A stretch of 64,000 nucleotides of DNA from contig NW_018480038.1 in assembly GCF_002113885.1 (NCBI RefSeq), positions 458,911-522,910 of the forward strand. Direction: 5' to 3'. Made by a program: the position numbers and the translations under genes. Every line of letters starts with the position of its first letter. Positions within the stretch are counted from its first letter, which is position 1. The notes beneath the pieces were generated by a model. It had not been told where the DNA came from. It did not search any database and saw only the letters and a list, made by a program, of their open reading frames with translations. The DNA comes from Mizuhopecten yessoensis (Eukaryota). This document shows positions 27,701-38,759 of this stretch, in pieces.

Positions 27701-30700
27701 ACCTAGGTGAACAAGTAGAAGATACAATCGTTCCTGAAAGAGTTGTAAAAGAGGAGTTGTGTAAGTTTGTTCCAATAGTTAAAGACGATGGGGATAGCAA
27801 ATGCGATGATCTTATGAACGCAAGTGCCATTGCCGACTCTAGGTCACTTTCGCCTGGTGAGCTTATGTTAAGTGCATCATGTTCATCAGGAGACATTTTT
27901 GAAAGTGTAGGATCTGGCTCTTCAGACCTAGAGGAAGTGTATAGAATTAATACTAGTGGGACTATGCATGATCAGTGGAATGATCGAGACGATGGAATTG
28001 TCCCCAGGTCGTTACCTGGCACGCAACGGTCGGTCAAGAAGGAGAAATCTCCCTCCATGTCGGACATTGCGTCTCCTCGGTTTGACAGAGACTTAAAAAG
28101 GTCAATGTCAGAGGCTAACGTTGACGATTTCGAGGAAATAACAACGTCTTCAGAGAGCTCTAATGACAGTATTGTGTTTGTATTCATGGGCCAGTCGCAC
28201 ACTACGGAAAGCATGGAAAAACTTCAAAACGAGTACAATCCATTACCGTTCGGAAACGATTCAGAACCTGTATATCATCCCTCAAATTGGACTTCTGAAG
28301 AATCAACTTCCAGTCAACCGCAGCTCAATTCGGAGGGCACGATTTCTAAGATTGAGGAACAGACATCAGATTATGACCTTGTGAAATCCGGAGAAAATTG
28401 CTCTATAAGTGAAAATCAAATTACATTGGAATCTAAGAAGGAGCTGAAGCCCTCCATACATATAAGTGAAAATCAAATTACATTGGAATCTAAGGAGGAG
28501 CTGAGGCCCGCTGTAAAGTCAAGTCCAGACCATACCGGCGAGTGTGGTTATAAGAACTACGACGACGATGACAACGAGCCACTGAGGCACAGGTTTGGTA
28601 TCGACGAGGCCGTTCTCCCAATTCCTGAGAGATCTGTGTCCTCCGATAACATTCCAAAACAGACCATGTCTAATCTGACTGTTCACCGCTCACGATCTAC
28701 AGATCTTCTGGAGGTAAATCCTGTGGAGAACCCCAATGATCCCAGTAACAACGAGGGCATATTTCCTCCAAATGTTGACTACGACTTTTGGGATGATTCT
28801 CATGGCTACCACGGCGACGTAGTCGTCATCGAGGAATACTACTCTGATGATAGCGACACGAAAAAGAGCTCTGAACATGCTCTGGACAAATCACAAGATC
28901 GATTTATTGACGAGGAACATATTGCAACAGAGGAGATACCTTATTCTGAACTGTCTCCAACACATCAAGACGGAAATCGAAGGGTCTCCTCAGAAGCTAT
29001 TGACTACAATGGTAACATGCATGGTACTGGAATGCTAGATCAGGAAGAGCAGTATGTGGGCGAGCTTTACACCTTACCCACCACAGGACCCGCTGACACA
29101 TCTAGAGGCCAAGAGTCTGGTCGAATCCTCGATCCTGCTGGACAACTCGCATCAGATAATAGTTTACAGACACAATTAACAGACACTGGCACTCAAACAG
29201 AGGTTGTAGAGTGTTCAGCCAAAAGTCAAGAGGAATCACACGTGTTACCAGCTCTTGCCTCCCCGTACCGAGCACAAAGCATGGGTGATATTAACCCAGC
29301 GGACAGTTCCATTACTCTCACACTTCCAGAAGGCACAGAGAACTGGGAAAACTTGTCCCATATGGTGATTGAATCGACGACTTTGATTAATAACATCAAC
29401 CAAAAAATTGCTGGAGTCAATACAACTCCTTGTTCTTCTAAGGAAATGCTTAATTCACACTCCATCACAACCGGATCCCGTCCCGCCCGATTGCAGGCTA
29501 ACGTTAACATGGAGTCGCAGGACGATACCACTCAGACAACAAGGCCATTGACTGATCTACATGACCTTGCAATACAGACTGATGACGAATGGATGCTATA
29601 TGATAGGGAAGATTCTCCAGACAATAGTAACGATTCTACCCAGACAGACACCGACATCACTAGACCAAGGGAGCTGTCGGAAACCGAAACAAATGATATA
29701 ATTTCACTTCCGGTGGAGCTTCCTGTTGACTATGACAGAGTTTTCCCTCCAGAACCCTCGAAAGAGATGTCTAGTCAAACGTCACCAGACACCACTGTAG
29801 ATACAATTGATACTTCTATGCAAACTGATGAATTTGAGAAAGTACTTACAAGACTTAGTCATGCTCTGAAGAACGATGATAGCCAACCGGAAGAGATTGA
29901 AGAGGAGATCAAATCATCTTACGTTGATGGAGTGAATGCACAGAAAACACTGAAATTATCGTCTGGGCATGTAACATCTCGTGTCCAAGACCAAGCTGTT
30001 ACCGAATACAACAAACAGGAGCATCATCTGCGAAAACACAACTCAAAACAGGATCAGACTCAAACTGTCATCATTGAGAGACAGAGTGTCATAGAAACAG
30101 AGGCAAATGTTCCTGACATGGATGTGACTAATGCTGAAATGGAAGCTCTTAAAGCTGAGCATGTTAAGATGATGGAATCTCTCAAGAAAGCAGCTGAAGG
30201 CAGAAAGATAAGAACACATGATTTAAAAGCTAGATTGGAGAAACAAACACAACTGGAGAAGGGGCCTGTTAGTGATCGTTATACTGACGAGTCCAATTCA
30301 GATACTAGGCATGAAAACCGGAATATGACGTCGTGGCATGAAACACACCTATCCTCCGATATCAGCTTAAACTACGACAGTAGTAGTAGAGGTGTCCAGA
30401 AGGATGTTACATTGGAACAAATCAAAACATCAGTTCATACCGAGAAGGAAACAGAACATGTTTGTGACGAATCTGGTGACTTGGACTCCATCTTCAAAGA
30501 TAGCCATCAATATTTGGGTAGCAATGACAGTTTGGAGAATATTGATGACCTCCTGGTTGCTAATAGTTGGGTAAAAGGTAAATCTAGATCATCTTCTGAA
30601 CCTGTATCAACAAAATCTGTAAAAGGAAGAAAACACGAAGAAACTTCAGTTGTGTGTGAATCTCCGACTGAGATTATTGAGGACCTGGTTTCACCTGTTT

Positions 30701-33700
30701 GTAAATCAAATCAGCAAGCAACGTCGCCATCAGTCGGAGCTGAAGGAGTCCCACACAATACCACCGAGGTGACCAGACTCGACTCTTTGAGCAATTTAAC
30801 CTCTGAAGGAACACTGCTTGGGGAAGAGGTTTCTCGTTTTCTTAATGATGATAACGATGGTAGATCGCCAATTTTCAAAGATGACTCCCGGTTCGGAGCA
30901 GAAAACAGAGCACTTCTTACTCGGAATAGGGCGACCAGTGAACCTGTTGATGATGAAATAGGTGACCGAGAAGGATCGCCACAACTACAGACTCCTCCAA
31001 ACTCGCCCGTTGCATTGAGCAACGGTGAATCAAGAAAACCGCAATACAAGAAACCACAACCGTACCGAAGATCTCCCGAAATTCAGCCTAACTATTTGGC
31101 CACACTGCGAAAGCAACCCCCTATTACAAAACAAACAGAGACGAGTGGACAAATCAGTACAGGGGTGGAGGTGTCTGTCGACAGTTCTGATGACTTCACT
31201 CAGACTGATCTGCAGTCACTTAAACTCGATCTGAGTGAGTTTAAATTCGATAGTAGCACACATTCCGAGACACGGACGGTCCGTAGTCAAAATAATCCGT
31301 CGATAAAATCCAAGCTATCAATACTACAAAAGGAAAGGGTAGAGATCATAGAACTGCTATCGATGAACTATCTGCCTGCCAGCTTAACAGTGGAACTGTT
31401 AGAGGCCAAACTTAACTACTGCATCGGGCAGACGGACACACTGCTGAAAACGCTGGAGGAAACTTGGGATAGAGCAGACTTCAATGTTAAAGAGATACAC
31501 GATCATCACCACACTAACATTACCAGAGAGTATGTGACTAATTATCGCTTTGACCTGCAGAAATCAAAAAGGGATATTCAGATATGCAAGGAGAAAATAA
31601 ATTGCGCAGTACAACCGGGAGTCGGCCGTGGTAGAACTTTGACAAGGAATAAAGACATTGCAAAGTGGAAACGCTTAGAGGAAATTGAGGCATTTAAGAC
31701 TGAGAGATTTATGGAACAACACAACTATGAACGAGCAAGAAGCATTAGTCCTCTGAAGAAAATGTCGTCTTTTGAGAATGAGAGATATTCACGCAGTGTA
31801 AGTCCGTCTTCAACGGAAACCTCTCCTCGACTGATGACAGCGAAGCAACACAGAACACACCTCGTAGATTTGAGGCGCTCCCTGGTGGAAGTGACAGAAC
31901 GAGATGAACATGCATACAGAGCAAGCAGATCGTGTTCGCCACAGCTTAGTCATTATGATGACACGGACAGAATACATAGTCCCCGGAGTTCCTCCTATAA
32001 CTGCTCACCACAAACGTCGCCTGTACACAACCGGTACTCGCCACATATCAGCCCAGAACATCATTACATGCAACCAACATCAATATCACCACGGGCATCA
32101 CCAGAGCGTCATAATTCTCCTTGTATATCTCCAGAGCACCAGCTTTACAGAACGGACTATGGCAGTACCAACAGTCTATCCGTACCAGACCAGCACACAC
32201 TGAACGTGTCCCCGAGAAGCTATTCACATAGTCCCGCTAGGACGTACACACAGAGCAGGCCCGACGTGTACAATGGATCCTACCTGACCCCTCGTGTCAC
32301 TAGTGCTTCGCCACAGCCAACTGCTGCGTCCACGCCCCATCGACCCCGTTCTTCTCTGGAGGGTTCAAGAGATCGAGAGTTGCGAGGACATGATCAGCTG
32401 TATGCCCTTCAGGAGACAAAGGACCTATTTAGGGACATGCAGGAAGCAAGGATGCGGAACCAACAGGAGATTACTCGGGCACAGAACACACTGCTACAAA
32501 GTACCAGGAACTACAGGTATGTAGCACATGTATTATCGCACGACGTACATGGTATATCCAAAAGTAAGTAGCTACATTTGTTTATCATTAGTTTTATATG
32601 TAAATCCCACTAGTTAATTAATAGTATCAACCTTAGGTCCCTAGGTTTTCTCAAACGCAACCTAAAAATAAACTCACCACATATAAAAGAACATGCATAC
32701 AAAGCACTAGTTAGGCCCAAACTTGAATACTGCTCTCCCATTTGGGATCCACACAACACAAACCAAATTAAACAAATAGAAAAAACACAACGAAGAGCAG
32801 CACGCTACGTACAAAACAGATACCACAACACTAGTTCCGTAACAGACATGATCCACACACTTCAATGGCCAACACTACAAACACGACGCTTATACACTAG
32901 AATTATCCTTTTTTACAAAATTATACACAGAATCGTAGCTTTAAACCCAACACATATACTCACACCTGTAGACCCCCGCACCAGACAGGTACACCCGTAC
33001 GCATACAAATACATATCTGCTACAAAGGACACCTACAAATACTCATTCTTCCCACACACAGTAACACAATGGAATCTCCTCCCCTTAGCAGCAGTCCAAT
33101 GCACAACACTAGAGGACTTCAAGGCACACTTACCCTACACANNNNNNNNNNNNNNNNNNNNNNNNNNNNNNNNNNNNNNNNNNNNNNNNNNNNNNNNNNN
33201 NNNNNNNNNNNNNNNNNNNNNNNNNNNNNNCCCCCCCCCCCCCCCCCCCAAATGATCTTTTTTACAAGTTATTTTATATAGTAGGATGAACATGAGTGAC
33301 ATATTTTAAGTTAAATCATACCCTTATTTAATCGGTGGCAGCAGGAATTCGCTTTTGATTGATGCTATAATAACAACATCTTAAATTGTTTGTTTTTTAG
33401 TAACATGAGATCGAGGACGAGCTCCAATGCCAGTTCTCGCCGGTCGTACAGTTCCTACCGAGACTACGCCCGTGACCTGATAGAGGGCAGCCAGCGATCC
33501 ATACACGGTATGGTTAGTGGTAGTTATGAACTGTATGACACCACAAACCATGGTAGGGGAACTGGAGTGATCTCCCCTCCATCATCCGTTGTGTCCGACC
33601 TGGAATCGTTACCAGATTCTATTCTTAGTGAACAATACGCCAGCAATGCTACAACCTCTCATCTGAACACGGATCCTTCCTTCATTAGAACCAGACCAAT

Positions 33701-33761
33701 CAACTCCGCCGACATTAAGTCCCGGATAAGGAAACAGCGTAAGATACCGTTAACGTCATAG
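520..33761 (+). CDS. STARD9: Giant STARD9/KIF16A-like (kinesin-3 family) protein, 3' part only. Exons 520-740, 3761-4125, 6396-11959, 16436-16575, 25040-32516, 33401-33761; about 4,700 codons in window
   Basis: All five introns are GT-AG with matching phases (1,0,2,1,2). Coiled-coil exons are followed by huge low-complexity exons. The C-terminal blocks QKERVEIIELL..LTVELLEAKLNYCIGQTDTLL, HLVDLRRSLVEVT and DLFRDMQEARMRNQQEITRAQNTL resemble, from memory, conserved blocks of vertebrate STARD9. Motor and FHA domains are not in the window and no START domain is seen. Confidence 0.62.
1123..1731. repeat. Intronic minisatellite, 47-bp unit, about 13 copies
   Basis: Unit tattcctttaccacatctcacccttctgaacgtttcatctatgttag. 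Confidence 0.95.
2440..3595. repeat. Intronic minisatellite, 73-74-bp unit, about 16 copies (N at 2881)
   Basis: Unit ...ctggtcaatactgctaagtgttgtctgtacaataagatcagggggtgagggtaactactagttacagagagtac. Confidence 0.95.
3761..4125 (+). CDS. STARD9-like internal exon, coiled coil (QQYLQEELAK...ELQDITRV)
   Basis: Acceptor tctcctttgtctacag, donor GTAGGT at 4126; phase 0 matches the exon at 6396. Confidence 0.85.
4108..4352. repeat. 71-bp tandem repeat (about 3.5 copies) starting inside the exon and including its splice donor
   Basis: caggacataac recurs at 4108, 4179, 4250 and 4321. Confidence 0.9.
4495..4925. repeat. 70-bp tandem repeat, about 6 copies, related to the 71-bp unit upstream
   Basis: Unit ctacaggtcatcacctgtgggaatggtacattgtatatatggaggggtgaaggcagaggtctgtggtccg; explains the ORFs offset by 70 nt. 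Confidence 0.92.
4982..5328 (+). mobile_element. tRNA-derived SINE, apparently full length, with a CORE-like central domain
   Basis: A-box-like ggcagtccagtgg, B-box ggttcgcgcc (5035-5044), central tatctttgagcaagatactttact...ctgtaaatgag, LINE-like tail ending in (TAT)n. Confidence 0.8.
6396..11959 (+). CDS. STARD9-like giant exon (5,564 bp), disordered, with coding minisatellites and three in-frame TGA (9909, 9936, 10605)
   Basis: Acceptor tttcctttag at 6394-6395. ORFs 6405-9911, 10107-10607 and 10740-11963 share one frame. Donor GTAAGT at 11960 is phase 2, matching the exon at 16436. Confidence 0.7.
8868..9510 (+). repeat. Coding minisatellite, 33 bp (TGSLQGEQQT[D/V]), about 19-20 copies
   Basis: Repeat visible in DNA and in the 1168-aa ORF. 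Confidence 0.95.
9855..10850 (+). repeat. Coding-frame minisatellite, 36 bp (TTTPSTASTGDN / TTTPSTVSNGDD), about 28 copies, containing three TGA
   Basis: Two alternating 12-codon variants plus two 27-bp shortened units; Thr/Ser-rich and mucin-like. Confidence 0.93.
11022..11186 (+). repeat. Coding repeat, 48 bp (CPGELDSxLNEASVLV), about 3.5 copies
   Basis: Seen in ORF 10740-11963. Confidence 0.9.
11955..12130. repeat. 42-bp degenerate tandem repeat seeded on the exon donor (caaaagtaagtctg...)
   Basis: GTAAGT at 11960, 12002 and 12044; GTAAGA at 12086; further decayed copies at about 12546-12670. Confidence 0.8.
16436..16575 (+). CDS. STARD9-like small exon (GAGPNANPSLSSSRRATRHRAMIRQKRRGVEESDDFSPESGDSIGS)
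   Basis: Acceptor catctctcattccag, donor GTATGT at 16576; phase 2 in and phase 1 out fit both neighbours. Confidence 0.8.
19270..19510. repeat. 53-bp tandem repeat, about 4.5 copies
   Basis: Unit gactaaagtcagagactcaactgtgctaggcatactgttacacaactataata. Confidence 0.9.
19511..21900. repeat. Intronic minisatellite, 25-bp unit with 23-bp variants, nearly 100 copies
   Basis: Unit gacatgtatggttctgatggattaa. Confidence 0.96.
23130..23940. repeat. Degenerate variable-length minisatellite (caatacactaaggtgaatacttgtgacagt core)
   Basis: Recurring aatacttgtgacag and tacactaaggtg motifs. Confidence 0.85.
25040..32516 (+). CDS. STARD9-like giant exon (7,477 bp), Ser/Asp/Glu-rich disordered region with C-terminal helical conserved blocks
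   Basis: Lies within the 2521-aa ORF; acceptor tttctttttactttcag, donor GTATGT at 32517; phase 2 matches the terminal exon. Confidence 0.9.
32635..33141 (+). mobile_element. 5'-truncated CR1/Zenon-type LINE, 3' end of ORF2, in the last intron
   Basis: Stop-free frame RSLGFLKRNL...AYKALVRPKLEYCSPIWDPH...IEKTQRRAARYV...SSVTDM...YSFFPHTVTQWNLLP; runs into the N gap. Confidence 0.88.
33401..33761 (+). CDS. STARD9-like terminal coding exon (...IKSRIRKQRKIPLTS*)
   Basis: Acceptor tgtttgttttttag, phase 2; open frame to TAG; followed by an AT-rich 3'UTR-like region. Confidence 0.8.
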
Positions 33762-35814
33762 TTTCCACTCAGACGTTGTATCTATAGTGTGCATAGTCAA
33801 ATATATAAGGAAGGGAATGGATAATAATGCTGATTTATTCCAAGTAAGACTTGGAAATCGTTTGATACATTTGTGATGCTCTACAAACATGTTTTAATTT
33901 TATCGAATGTTTTATCTCAGGAAATGACTCTTTCCTTGTCGGATATCTGATAACGAATGTTAAATACGTTAGTGATGTTTTTGTGAATAGCGATGCATTT
34001 CATTCGTAAATGTCTGTGATATTATTGGTGCCAAAGTTGAATGTCAGAGGTATGAGAATGAGATCGCATGGAAACCTGTAGGAACTATGATTTATCAAGA
34101 AGGTTTCTTTTTATTAAATTATTAAAGTTTTAAGTGGTAAGTAATTAACCGAATTAATTTATGCTTGCATGGTGTTGTGCTGGGGATAAAGGTGTCGTTT
34201 ACCTTTGGCGTTAAGAGTATTTGGTAGAAGTACCTTGCCCTTGGAATACGATTTTACGAAATGTTCTTTGCAGCATATCAAATGAAACGTAATGATAGAT
34301 GATGGTTACGAAAATGTTTGCGTTTTCGAGTGATTTAAAGAAAAGAGAATATTTTTTAAAGACTTGATATATTTTATTATGCAGAATGTGTAGCTACTGT
34401 ATGTCGATATGCTCGTGTGAGTAGAAATGTTGAAACTGCGTTGGTGCATGTGTATGGGCTGTTGAATATTGAACAGATTTCCTGCGACCCCTTTAGACGT
34501 CCCATTGGCGATCAACACATTTTGGAGGATGCGATCGTCTACATTTAGGACCATTATAATGTTTTGTTAAATCTATTTATTTACATTGTGTCATTTTACA
34601 TAATTGTTTGAGTTTTTCTGATTTATTAACGGCGATGATATTCATATTGAATAATCTACTTAATAAATGGCCGTTTGTAACATTTTGTTGGGATTCCGTC
34701 CAAGTTTAGTGAAATTATAAATTAAGTCGAATGCCTTTCTCGTCTTTCCGAGTTCTCTGCACTTACTGAGGACAACACATATGTATCAGGTTCCGTGCAC
34801 ATAATTTACCTTAAAGCTGCTTTAATGACTAGTCAGAGCAAAGATTGTGATAAGTGTCTGTGATTAGGGCACTCAAGGGAGTCAACTCTTGTTAAAATAA
34901 TTAAACAATTTTACCAGATATCATTATATTTAAATATCTGTGTAAAGATAGACAAGAGATGTCCATTGGTATCGCTGACTTATAGAAAGATGTGCTTTTA
35001 TACAACCGCCTGTTGTTTGTGCCTGTGATGTAGCTGTTTAGACTGACGACCATAACCAGACAGTCCCTCGGGTCGACAGCAGGGCTGCATGGTTGGAAAG
35101 AGGTAGTTTAGGACTGGCTTGTTAGAGTCAACATCAAAGTTTGTTAGAGACACTTACTTTTCTGTTCTTTTGTTTGGCTCTTTAAATTCAAAAGAGTAAA
35201 AACATATATTTAAAACAGTATAATTTGATTAGCATAAAGGTACAACATTGTTAATTTGCAGGTGTATTTGTGTCTTTATATCTCATTTATTTCAATGTTT
35301 TTCGCAAAATTTATTTCGAAAATATTGATCGATGGTTAATGAAGGAAATAAGTTTTTCTCATTTCGTTGTTTTCATGCGAAGATGCCTATATAGAGAATG
35401 TGTTTGAATATGGAATATTATAGCAACAGTAATTTTATACAATATCGGTTCTACATCCATCCATGATAAAATACGATGCTAGGCAGCATTGTTTGGTGCC
35501 TTAATTTTTGCATCATCATTATTTATATTCCCGGTATTATTTTTTGCATGCGTTTGTTTAGATCATTGTTTCAGTATTTAGTGTTTTTAACGATGATCAG
35601 TATTTTGGAATATATCTTATACACAAAGCATCATGATCAATACTAACAAAATGAATGGGAATATATATATATAAGGCATTTAAATAAGTTCTCGATGTAT
35701 ATATAAAAGATATGATATTTATACGATATTTTTGTACCAATATGCTACATTGTTCAGTGTATCACTCACATATCATCCAACCATTGACACACAATCATCA
35801 ATGTATTTGACATC

Positions 35815-35820
35815 AATAAA
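35815..35820 (+). promoter_or_regulatory. Candidate polyadenylation signal of the STARD9-like gene
   Basis: AATAAA about 2 kb after the stop, followed by a T-rich stretch; another AATAAA at 34662. Confidence 0.35.
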
Positions 35821-36119
35821 AAATAATATAAACAATAACAGATTGAAGCAGTTTTACCTTGTTTGTCTCCTACTCTTATCCTGTATAATACCGTTTACTC
35901 ACCGTAGGAGCTAAAGAGCGACATCCTTTGGCAATCAGTTCCTGTAGGTTTTGGGGCAATACCGGTAAATTTTATTGCAATACCGGTAGTTTTAGATAGA
36001 TTGGTGAGGCAGTTAATCTGAAAGGTTACCAATCTGCAAAAAATAAAAGCACACATAAACGAACAAAGAGCACAAAACAGTATTCAAACTCGGTAAAAAA
36101 ATCTATGAAAAAAAGGACT

Positions 36120-36390
36120 TAATATGAACAAAGAAAAAACCCATGCATACCCTTGGAAAGATTCCAGGAGAAGAAGACCAGTTACGAAGAGTAAGTGATT
36201 CTTATTGTACAGCTTAGCAGTAAAATATGTTTTAAAAAATATTAGGGTAGACAAATAATTAGAGAGTGACTTGTCCTTCATTCCAAGTGCATAAAGATGT
36301 TCTGGTTATTGAAAGACAATACATCATCTATATATCTGAAAGTAAAATTAAAACAATTGACAACGTGTCGTCAGAGCTGATAAGCTCTTA
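36120..36390 (-). mobile_element. Decayed Penelope-like retroelement reverse transcriptase fragment
   Basis: Minus-strand NCFNFTFRYIDDVLSFNN (RT motif C, about 36305-36360) with downstream FTAKLYNK; frameshifts and stops present. Confidence 0.65.
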
Positions 36391-36404
36391 CATCAATTCA
36401 ACCT

Positions 36405-36545
36405 CTTATCAAAACAAGGCTGCATATCCCAGGTTTGGGCGGACAAGCATGGTGTATGTACGGACTTCGACATCGTTAGGCATAGAGGTTCCTCGTGAGA
36501 AAGCCAATGTATATTGATGCTCTGGCTGGTATGTTGTGATGTGTT
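36405..36545 (-). mobile_element. Decayed CR1/Zenon-type LINE fragment
   Basis: Minus-strand IGFLTRNL then, frameshifted, TYTMLVRPNLGYA; same ORF2 region as the 32635 element. Confidence 0.55.
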
Positions 36546-37127
36546 TTCGCCGTGATAGGGCCGAGGCGCTCGCGACTCCCAAATACTTACTGCATTAATT
36601 GGTAAATAGACGTTTGTGGATTTCATTTTCGGCTTATATTGAAATCATAAAAAGTAATGCGATTTAGATTTAAGCATGTTTATCTTGCCTACATTTTTAA
36701 AATGAAGAAATCGGTAGAATATAGGAAAAAACGCTACCAAGCACATGCGACAAAAAATCAAATACATGTCTACGGTTAGATACTAGAAAGAAAAATAAAT
36801 TAAAAGTTCAACAGGGTTGTCTTGCACGTTTTGAGACTGGAATACCAGACGTTCAGTGTTGCCTAGATATTTATAGGTGATGCTTTAACGACAGTGTGAT
36901 AAAGGACAGTCAATTTGTTCCTTCAGCAGTATCTACTTGGGTATTGTAATCCCTCTAGTGTGTATCTACTTCAGGCTTGGAATCCGTCCATGGTAAGATT
37001 TCTTATGATGTTTAGATAGTGGAGTTCACAGTAGCAAGGAATGAATGATGTTTAAGCAAAGAGGTTGAAAGTAGATCAGACAGTAAGCGGTCGGTCAAGA
37101 GCAGGGTTCTTATTTCACATAGGACCT

Positions 37128-38389
37128 TCATGGAAATATGTCTGCCACTGTTGCCCTGAAAGAGACGGCGAGTAAGTTGTGGTATTGTTACATCATGTAG
37201 AAAACCCCAATGGTGGACAGACCTAAACATGGCCCAGGTCAAAAGTTTAGTAAAGGGTAAAGTGATGTGACAAAGAAAACAGAACGGTTGACATGCAGGC
37301 AAATAACAGCGTAGGCATATAACACGATTTCAGTCATTACCAGGTCTTTTTCATTTCATGTCCTTGAGTAAAAAGATATAATGTACAGGACACAAATATT
37401 GAGTTTTCTCATACTAATTCTGGTGTGCGTGCCATTAGTAGGGTTTACATACAAATGATGATCTGGACTAGGTGTAGTACGGGCTGTAGAGGACGCTACA
37501 GGTGAAACCTATACCAGTGTTGGGTGTATTACATATCACACCTGACTGACAGATTGTAATGATCTAGACTATGTGTAGTACGTATACGGGCTGTAGAAGA
37601 CGCTACAGGTGAAGAGCCTATACCAGTGTTGGTAATGACGGGAGTATATTGATCATGTTCCAGCCTACTCGTGTATATTGCGGTATCACGGCATTCACCC
37701 GGCACGGATAGGAACTTATTCTTAATTATCACGGATTTATTTTCTTTCAAAATCACTGACGCATCTTCAGTAAACGATTTTACATGCGAAATGTACCCAT
37801 GTATGGCAAATAGGTTTTTAATAGATTTTGCACATACTTGTCTTTCAGACAGTTTATATATTCAGATGGAAGATCCTTCGACAGGTACTATGGTTTAGCA
37901 ATCAATACAAACATACACAGGAAATTGTACATTTATACGTAGAAATTTGGTTAATTTAAAAACAAGACTCGATTAGTCATGGTATTGATTAAACATTATA
38001 ATGTGTCCAAATAAACACGGCCAGTGTTCTGTTAAAAGGAGAAGTGACCATAGTAGCAGGTGTCTATAATATCAGAGACATATAATATATACGTCTCTAA
38101 TAATATCATAGAAATCCAGACACTATACTCCTCTGCCGCCCTCGGTGTGCTAAGCGGATTACGTCTGTCCGTGATGACTTCTGTGTCGTCCTTTGTGTTT
38201 ACTGCCGGGGACGTGTTAACCAGTGTGTTTCTGTAGGAACATCCTTACATGACGAATCCTCTATCAATGCATGTCTAACGTCGACTACAACCGAGGGATG
38301 GAGTTCTATTTCAAACAAATAAAGTGAACTATCTCTCCGTGTTATAAACGCTATTTTTGGTGATCCTTTACACCAGGTCTCGTTATTTA
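37128..38389 (-). pseudogene. Possible decayed multi-exon gene of unknown family
   Basis: Phase-compatible GT-AG exon candidates 37887-37669, 37495-37453 and 37155-37128, plus 38389 to about 38200; in-frame TGA at 37864-37862. Confidence 0.3.
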
Positions 38390-38759
38390 CTGTCAAAAAA
38401 CATGATCAAAGAATGCATATATTTTTGATCACAAGTATGTAGAATTTCTGGCCTAATCCACTCTGAGATTGCTCTTTAGAGACCTTCACCAGATCGGCAA
38501 ATAAATCACTTGAGTTTTGAGCAAACATGACATTTTTGTAAATATGTTTTGAAAAAGCCTATTTTAAGACATACGAGGGCTTTATTATCAGCACTGTACT
38601 CTCCGATAAAAGTGTTACCGTGAGAGTGCATGGCGCTGCACCTTATTATAGACTCATGTTGACACACGTCTGCCAAACTGTATTGACGATGTCAACAGAA
38701 CCAATTTGTCTCTCATTGTTAACGACTTGACGTTTAAAAAAACCTGCAGGTGAATTAGT

